From contig JBDTDX010000353.1 of NCBI GenBank assembly GCA_039922815.1, positions 1 through 52,308 of the forward strand: a stretch of DNA of 52,308 bases. Direction: 5' to 3'. Positions 46,884 to 52,308 of the stretch are shown here, piece by piece. The position numbers and the translations under genes were made by a program. The notes under the pieces were generated by a model. That model was not told the DNA's origin, made no database searches, and worked only from the letters and a program-made list of their open reading frames with translations. The stretch comes from Granulicella sp. (lineage in GTDB: Bacteria; Acidobacteriota; Terriglobia; Terriglobales; Acidobacteriaceae). How positions within the stretch are numbered: the first letter of the stretch is position 1; every line of letters begins with the position of its first letter.

Positions 46884-46899
46884 AGCACGATGGTCGCCA
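46884..46899 (-). promoter_or_regulatory. candidate sigma-54 promoter heading the activator / export operon
   Basis: Minus strand TGGCGA-CCATC-GTGCT (GG-N10-GC) immediately upstream of GTG 46871. Confidence 0.55.
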
Positions 46900-47182
46900 A
46901 TTGCATGTGTCGGATTCTGAAAGAAACTAGGCCAGATGCGAACGGGGAACTGTCACCAACGACGGTGCACATTTCAACTAAATAGCTCCATTGCTTAGGC
47001 TTGTTCGGATAAACACCGCTTACATGAAACCGTGAGCATCCACACCAAACTTGGCCACAGAATTTCCCACAGGAGCAAAGTGTGAAAACTTTTTCCTACT
47101 TTCTCAGCTAGCTGTCCTCCATTTAGCCAGATCTAAAAAGCCAGAAACAAGAAGGGACGTCCAGATTGCGCCATCGAGGAGT

Positions 47183-47375
47183 TACTTGGCTTGGCTTGGC
47201 CACCAAGCCAGATTTGTCGGAGTTGGCTGAAAAGTTTGCGTTTACCTGGTCCGCTTATGTTTCTCTCCTTTCGATCCGGAATTCAGACGCACGGCTTTTT
47301 TACTAGTCCGAAGCTCTGCGTTCAGGGTGGTCATTCCACCAACTCGAGCGGAAGATCGGTAGTCTCTTTTATGAG
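47183..47375 (+). pseudogene. remnant of the YhcG/DUF1016 (PD-(D/E)XK nuclease) N-terminal domain
   Basis: From 47220 reads ELAEKFAFTWSAYVSLLSIRNSDARLFY*SEALRSGWSFHQLERKIGSLFYE, matching the family pattern as I recall it (WS.YV.LLS.....AR.FYE.E....GWS.RQL.RQI...FYER). In-frame TAG at 47304; upstream (Y)LAWPPSQIC is out of frame. Confidence 0.75.
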
Positions 47376-47601
47376 CATCCGTTGATTGATCAAACCGGCC
47401 TTACGGGCAACTACGATTTCTCCATCGAATGGTCACGGGCTGCCAGCGCAGTTTCTGCCTCTCGCTGGTGCCGCGCCCGACACGCAGGGCCCGGCGCTTC
47501 TGGAGGCCCTGCAAAAACATCTCGGAATGAAGATCGGCTATGCCCGCGCCCCGCTGGAATTTATGATCGTCGACCACGTCGAACGCCCTTCGGAGAACTA
47601 G
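47376..47601 (+). pseudogene. C-terminal remnant of a TIGR03435/DUF3738 family protein, frameshifted
   Basis: PLIDQTGLTGNYDFSIEW in one frame, then GPALLEALQKHLGMK...MIVDHVERPSEN* in the next frame. Confidence 0.8.
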
Positions 47602-47849
47602 ACGGTCTCGACGTTTAAATCTCACATGAGGATGATGCGAGTGCCGTGGTTGCTGCGGGCGGTGGTGTGGGCGTTTCGGAAGCCGAAGGGTGGTGAGGGG
47701 GCGACTAATCCGCGATCGCTGTCTTTCAGCGGTCACTTGTCCGATAAGCCCGTTTTATGGACATATGGTGGAGCAGAGGCTGCTACGCCGCTCAAATCAA
47801 CCGCCTGTCCTCACCTGAAACAACCGCTTCAGCGAATACAAGACTTGGC

Positions 47850-48596
47850 TTACTGGATCGACGCGATGAGTGCATTGATCTGCGCTTGCGAGATTACGGC
47901 CTGATTTTGCTTCGAGGGCGTGACAAAGATTCGATAGTGACGGTCTGAGGGATCAAATAGATCTAGCTGCACGATGTAGGGTGCTACAGCCGGGTCGCCA
48001 AACTGAAATCCACGCAACTTCCCAGACGCAAGTTTGTACATTTCATGGCTACTGCGTAGATCGCCTGATTTATTGATAAGCAAGATGGCATTTCGGGTGG
48101 CCTGTCTACGCGAGTTCCACCATTTGACCTGATCTGGTGTTGCTTCAACCTCCGCTGCCATGAACTCGTAGTTTGAGCTGAGCGCAAGCTTCCCCAAAAT
48201 ACTCTCCATCGTCTTTCTTTCGCCCAGGGTCGATCCATGCATTGTCGTTGCACCATCAACTTGAGCTGACGGATTGAAAATCAGCAATCCTCCTCCATCT
48301 CGAAAGCTAATCGACGCGGCCCAATCTTTCGTCACTCGATCTTGAGCGATGTCTTTCCAAGGAACTTGAAAAGAAAACCCAAAATGAACTACACGAACGC
48401 CGTTCAATTGGGCGAGTGGAATGCTTTGAAGAGGTACTGGAAGAATGGAAAGATTGGGATGAGCTTCGCCGGCACTCTGGGCCAAGCGCCATGCAAATAG
48501 ATTAAGAGCTTCCGTGTAAACAACTGCTCCAGCGCCAATGCAGATCATCACGCCAACAACTCTTCGTTTCCAGTCTTTTTTTGCCTTATCTTTCAA
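47850..48596 (-). CDS. hypothetical membrane-anchored protein
   Basis: Likely TTG start at 48596 after GAGGT; basic N-terminus and one hydrophobic helix. The ORF-track extension to 49022 overlaps the permease out of frame. Confidence 0.6.
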   Translation of the reverse strand: MKDKAKKDWKRRVVGVMICIGAGAVVYTEALNLFAWRLAQSAGEAHPNLSILPVPLQSIPLAQLNGVRVVHFGFSFQVPWKDIAQDRVTKDWAASISFRDGGGLLIFNPSAQVDGATTMHGSTLGERKTMESILGKLALSSNYEFMAAEVEATPDQVKWWNSRRQATRNAILLINKSGDLRSSHEMYKLASGKLRGFQFGDPAVAPYIVQLDLFDPSDRHYRIFVTPSKQNQAVISQAQINALIASIQ

Positions 48597-48634
48597 GGAG
48601 AACCTCAAGCCTAGAGTAACGGCTGTCGATGGGA

Positions 48635-50419
48635 TCAGGCTTCGAGTTTGTATTTGGTTTCGGCTAGGTGGTAGAGGGGGCGCCAGACTAGGCGGTTGAC
48701 GGTGACGACCATGAGGGCCATGACGATGGTGGCCAGCAGGAGAATCTGGAACTGGCCCTTGTCGCTGGCTGCGCTTATTTGTGCTCCAAGGCCAATGGTT
48801 TGTAGGGTTTGTCCTTTTAAGTGAAAGTATTCTGCGATGATGCTGGCGTTCCATGCGCCGCCGGATGCGGTGACCAGTCCGGTGATGAGGTAGGGGAAGA
48901 TTCCGGGCAGGATGACGGTGCGCCAGCGCTGCCAGCGGGTGAAGCGGAAGAGGGTGGAGACCTCGCGGAGGTCGGAGGGGATGGCCATGGCTCCGGCGAT
49001 GACGTTGAAGAGGATGTACCACTGGGTGCCGAGGAGCATGAGGGCGATGGAGCCGATGCCGAGGCCGCCGCCGAGCTTCATCAGGCCGAGGATGATGATG
49101 GGGAAGAGGATGGGGGCGGGGAATGAAGCTGTTACTTGAACTATTGGCTGGACGATGCGGGCAAGGCGTGGGTTGAAGCCTATGGCGACACCGGCTGGGA
49201 TGGTCCAGAGAGCGGCGAGGAGCAGGGAGAGGTTGACGCGGAGGAAGGTGGCTCCGGCACTTTCGGCGATGAGGAGATACTGGGAGGCGTCGATCTCGCG
49301 GAGCCGGAGCAGAGCGCTGCCTGCGGCATAGAGGATGATTGCGCCGCCGATGACCATGACGACGATTCCGGGCCAGATGGGGGATGGGTGGATCTCGCCA
49401 GCGGCCTGTTGGGCGCGGTGGCGGCTGTGGCGGGCGGCTACGGTGAGGTAGATGCGCTCGCTGAGGGGGGTGAGGGTGTGGAGTTTGATTGCCGCGAGGG
49501 CGTTGGAGCGCTGGATGAGATGGAGGATGGGCGAGCTGATGCGGTCGGTGCCGGCGGACTGCTCGATCTTGAACTTGTCGGACCAGGCGATGACGGGCCG
49601 CCAGAGGAGCTGGTCGGTGGCGACGATGATGGCGATGACGGTGGCGATGCCCCAGGCCATGGCGGGGATGTTGTCGGCGCTGGCTGCGGTCTGTAGATAC
49701 GACCCGAGGCCGGGGAGGCGGAAATCGCGGTCGCCAAGGACGAACATCTCGCAGGCCATGAGGAAGAACCAGCCGCCAGCGACGGAGATCATGGAGTTCC
49801 AGACGAGGCCGATGGTGCCGTAGGGAAGCTCAAGCTGCCAGAAGCGCTGCCAGGTGGAAAAGCCGTAGATACGGCTGGCTTCCCCTAGTTCTCTGGGCAG
49901 GCTTTTGAGCGAGGAGTAGAAGCTGAAGGCCATGTTCCAGACCTGGCCGGTGAAGATGAGGATGATGGCACCCATCTCTACGCCTAGCTGGCGGGTGGGG
50001 AAGAGAGCGACCATGGCGAGCATGACGCCGGGCAGGAAGCTGAGGACCGGGATGGACTGGAGGATGTCCAGCGCGGCGATCATGAGGGATTCGGCGCGCT
50101 TGTTGTAGGCGGCGATGTAACCGTAGGCGATGGCGAAGACGAGCGAGAGCAGATAGGCCAGGCCGATTCTTACGACGGAGTAGAAGGCGTAGAGGGGCAG
50201 GGCTCGGGGCGAGAGCGAGATGGTGAACTGCGGCTGGGCGCTGCTCAGCCAGTATTTGGCGATTTGCAGGACGCCGTAGAAGGCGGCGAGGCAGAGGGCG
50301 GCGACGGTGAGATCGAGGACGAAGGGCCAGCTCCGCTTGAAGACCTGGGCGCGGGCGAGGGTCTCGCGGCCTCGTGTCGAGGTGGCGTTGATCAGTCGTC
50401 GGGCATCGTGGGGCAGCAT
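48635..50419 (-). CDS. ABC transporter permease, NitT/TauT type with duplicated membrane domain
   Basis: Two repeats: LDILQSIP...LGEASRIYG and VQVTASFP...LREVSTLFR; many TM helices. Confidence 0.9.
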   Translation of the reverse strand: MLPHDARRLINATSTRGRETLARAQVFKRSWPFVLDLTVAALCLAAFYGVLQIAKYWLSSAQPQFTISLSPRALPLYAFYSVVRIGLAYLLSLVFAIAYGYIAAYNKRAESLMIAALDILQSIPVLSFLPGVMLAMVALFPTRQLGVEMGAIILIFTGQVWNMAFSFYSSLKSLPRELGEASRIYGFSTWQRFWQLELPYGTIGLVWNSMISVAGGWFFLMACEMFVLGDRDFRLPGLGSYLQTAASADNIPAMAWGIATVIAIIVATDQLLWRPVIAWSDKFKIEQSAGTDRISSPILHLIQRSNALAAIKLHTLTPLSERIYLTVAARHSRHRAQQAAGEIHPSPIWPGIVVMVIGGAIILYAAGSALLRLREIDASQYLLIAESAGATFLRVNLSLLLAALWTIPAGVAIGFNPRLARIVQPIVQVTASFPAPILFPIIILGLMKLGGGLGIGSIALMLLGTQWYILFNVIAGAMAIPSDLREVSTLFRFTRWQRWRTVILPGIFPYLITGLVTASGGAWNASIIAEYFHLKGQTLQTIGLGAQISAASDKGQFQILLLATIVMALMVVTVNRLVWRPLYHLAETKYKLEA

Positions 50420-50492
50420 GGATGATTCTCTAGATTGGGGTTGAGATCAGATTGCGTCCTTTTCAGAACGGATTGGCTAAAGCGAAAGCAAG

Positions 50493-50526
50493 AAGCAGAT
50501 TCCTCCACTGCGCTGCGGAATGACAA
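50493..50526. repeat. REP-like short palindromic element
   Basis: AAGCAG-ATTCC-tccactgcgctgc-GGAAT-GACAA between co-directional ABC genes. Only one copy in the window. Confidence 0.5.
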
Positions 50527-50550
50527 TTTGAGAGAAATTGGGAAAGGACA

Positions 50551-51900
50551 TCATAGGTCGATTTCTTCTTCTTCATCCTGGGGGTTTTCGGCGCGTTGGA
50601 ATCGGCGGCGGGAGCCGTCGAAGTCAAAGAGCTCGGCATAACGGCCCCAGTTGATGGCGGTTTCGAGCTGGAGAGCGGTCTCTTCTTCGGTGAACTGCTC
50701 GTCGAGAATGTCGCGGAAGAACTCCTCGGAGACGGTGCCGTCGCTCTTGGCTTCTATGGCGCGGACGATCTGGCGGAGCAGGAGGACGTGCTCGACGGCG
50801 GCGGCGCGGAAGAGCTCTTTCTGGCGGAGAATTTCGGAGTTGGCGAACTCTTCGCCGGTGGGGGTGATGGCGGCGTCGCCCTCGTTGATGGTGAGGAAGC
50901 CGAGGAGCTGGGCGGCTTCGACGATGGGGAAGAGGTCGTCGATTTCAAAGCCGAGATCGTCGGCGAGGCGATAGATATCGTCCTTGCCCTTGTGGTCAAT
51001 GAGCAGCTCGAGCAGACCGGCGATGCCGCCGGGACGGGCGTGGGGGAGCATCTGGTAGGGCTGGCGGCGGGCGGGGCCCTGCTGCTTGCCGACCAGGGAG
51101 GTCGGGAACTCGGGTGGCTTGGCGTCGGGCTTGGTGAGGACCTTGTAGATGTAGTCGACGAGCTGGGTGAAGGGGGTGGCCTTGCGGTCGCGCGGATGGG
51201 GGAGGGTCACGTGGAAGTCGGTGCGGATGCGGCCCGGGTTGCGGCCGAGGACGATGATGCGGTCGGCGAGGAGGACTGCCTCCTCAATATTGTGGGTGAC
51301 GATAAAGATGGACTGGGTGGGGATGGTCTTCTTCTGCCAGAGTTCGAGGAGCTCGGAGCGGAGGTTTTCTGCGGTCAGCACATCGAGGGCGGAGAAGGGC
51401 TCGTCCATGAAGAGGACCTCAGGCTCGACTACCAGCGCGCGGGCAAAGCCGACACGCTGGCGCATTCCGCCCGAGAGCTCCTTGGGGTAGGCTCCTTCAA
51501 AGCCGTCGAGACCGACGGTGTCGAGGATCTTGAGGCCTTGCCTGCGTCGGGAGTCGGCGTCGACGCCACGGGCCTTGAGCGGGGCTTCTACGTTTTCGAG
51601 GACGGTGAGCCAGGGGAAGAGGGCGAAGCTCTGGAAGACGATGGAGACGTTGACTTCGGCGCTGGCGATGGGCTTCTCGTGCCAGTAGACCTGACCAGCG
51701 GAGGGTTTAGAAAGGCCGGTGAGCATCCGCAGGAGGGTGGACTTGCCGGAGCCGGAGGGGCCGAGCAGGGCGACAATCTCGCCGGGGACGATGGAGAGGT
51801 CGGTGGGGGAGATGACCTGGATACGGTTCTCGCCGGGCTGGGCTCCGGACGGGGCATAGTATTTTTCGACGCGTTCGGCGCGTATGATTGCGTTGTGCAT
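50551..51900 (-). CDS. ABC transporter ATP-binding protein, NitT/TauT type with C-terminal AAA-associated domain
   Basis: GPSGSGKS, LSGGMRQR, FMDEPFSALD, VTHNIEEA, C-terminal WGRYAELF. Confidence 0.93.
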   Translation of the reverse strand: MHNAIIRAERVEKYYAPSGAQPGENRIQVISPTDLSIVPGEIVALLGPSGSGKSTLLRMLTGLSKPSAGQVYWHEKPIASAEVNVSIVFQSFALFPWLTVLENVEAPLKARGVDADSRRRQGLKILDTVGLDGFEGAYPKELSGGMRQRVGFARALVVEPEVLFMDEPFSALDVLTAENLRSELLELWQKKTIPTQSIFIVTHNIEEAVLLADRIIVLGRNPGRIRTDFHVTLPHPRDRKATPFTQLVDYIYKVLTKPDAKPPEFPTSLVGKQQGPARRQPYQMLPHARPGGIAGLLELLIDHKGKDDIYRLADDLGFEIDDLFPIVEAAQLLGFLTINEGDAAITPTGEEFANSEILRQKELFRAAAVEHVLLLRQIVRAIEAKSDGTVSEEFFRDILDEQFTEEETALQLETAINWGRYAELFDFDGSRRRFQRAENPQDEEEEIDL

Positions 51901-52061
51901 AAGGGTTCAGTGGAGTGATAGCCCGAGGCGGCCAGATGCGGCTTCGTGGCAAGGATCACTGCGGTCAGCGTATCATTGCTGAGTGCATCGTTGAATGAAC
52001 GGATGCTGGTATAGTCTCGTTACGTTCCCCAGCTTGAAAGATAGATTTTGGAGATATTTAC

Positions 52062-52308
52062 ATGCCAGATACAGCCACGACGTCGAAGCCTCGCGTACTT
52101 GTTGCCGATGACGAGCAGGTGATCGCCAATACGCTTGCGATTATCCTGAATCAGGCAGGTTTTGAGGCGCGCGCAGTCTACAGCGGCGAAAAAGCCATCG
52201 AGGCGATCGATACCTTTACTCCGGACATGCTGATCAGCGACGTGATTATGACCGGAATGACGGGGATTGAAGCGGCGATTGCCGTCCGCGAGCGGCTGCC
52301 GAAGTGCA
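52062..52308 (+). CDS. response regulator receiver protein, truncated by the window end
   Basis: Not in the ORF track. Translates MPDTATTSKPRVLVADDEQVIANTL...PDMLISDVIMTGMTGIEAA; GGAG RBS upstream. Confidence 0.9.
   Translation, partial: MPDTATTSKPRVLVADDEQVIANTLAIILNQAGFEARAVYSGEKAIEAIDTFTPDMLISDVIMTGMTGIEAAIAVRERLPKC

Noticed and set aside
46931-47213. Repeated GCCAGA words upstream of the activator gene
   Set aside because: Short, irregularly spaced, and one copy lies inside the pseudogene remnant.
47626-47904. 92-aa ORF MRMMRVPWLL
   Set aside because: No recognisable motif, overlaps the convergent gene and lies in a debris region.
48597-49022. N-terminal His/Arg/Pro-rich 142 aa of ORF 47850..49022
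   Set aside because: Alternative frame of the permease 3' end; a better start with RBS lies at 48596.
50596-51918. 440-aa plus-strand ORF
   Set aside because: Antisense shadow of the GC3-rich ABC ATPase gene; no recognisable motifs.

Overview
About 47 kb of this window (265-46900) is a Wzx/Wzy-type exopolysaccharide or capsule locus: OPX export protein, probable beta-barrel, co-polymerase, tyrosine kinase, priming transferase, GT2 and GT4 glycosyltransferases, flippase, polymerase/ligase, two deacetylases and nucleotide-sugar enzymes. Embedded in it, on the same strand and closely spaced behind a GT4 and two UDP-sugar enzymes, is a hybrid NRPS/PKS line: A-PCP / KS-AT-ACP-aminotransferase-C-A-PCP / C-C-PCP-TE(Cys), followed by a membrane-anchored serine hydrolase. 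The locus also carries two CapK/PaaK-like adenylate-forming enzymes, a JmjC-like oxygenase, a methyltransferase and a large IPT/beta-helix surface protein. My main hypothesis (inference) is that the assembly line makes a small diamino-acyl-peptide substituent for the polysaccharide rather than a free metabolite. Nearly every transcription unit has a sigma-54 -24/-12 motif and the locus encodes two sigma-54 activators. The adjacent phosphopantetheinyl transferase gene is broken by several frameshifts. At the right edge a YhcG/DUF1016 remnant is joined in frame to a TIGR03435 remnant, followed by visibly more GC-rich genes (ABC transporter pair, response regulator). The host is probably an Acidobacterium (inference from the TIGR03435 remnant). 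All family calls are by-eye motif recognition; no database searches were run.
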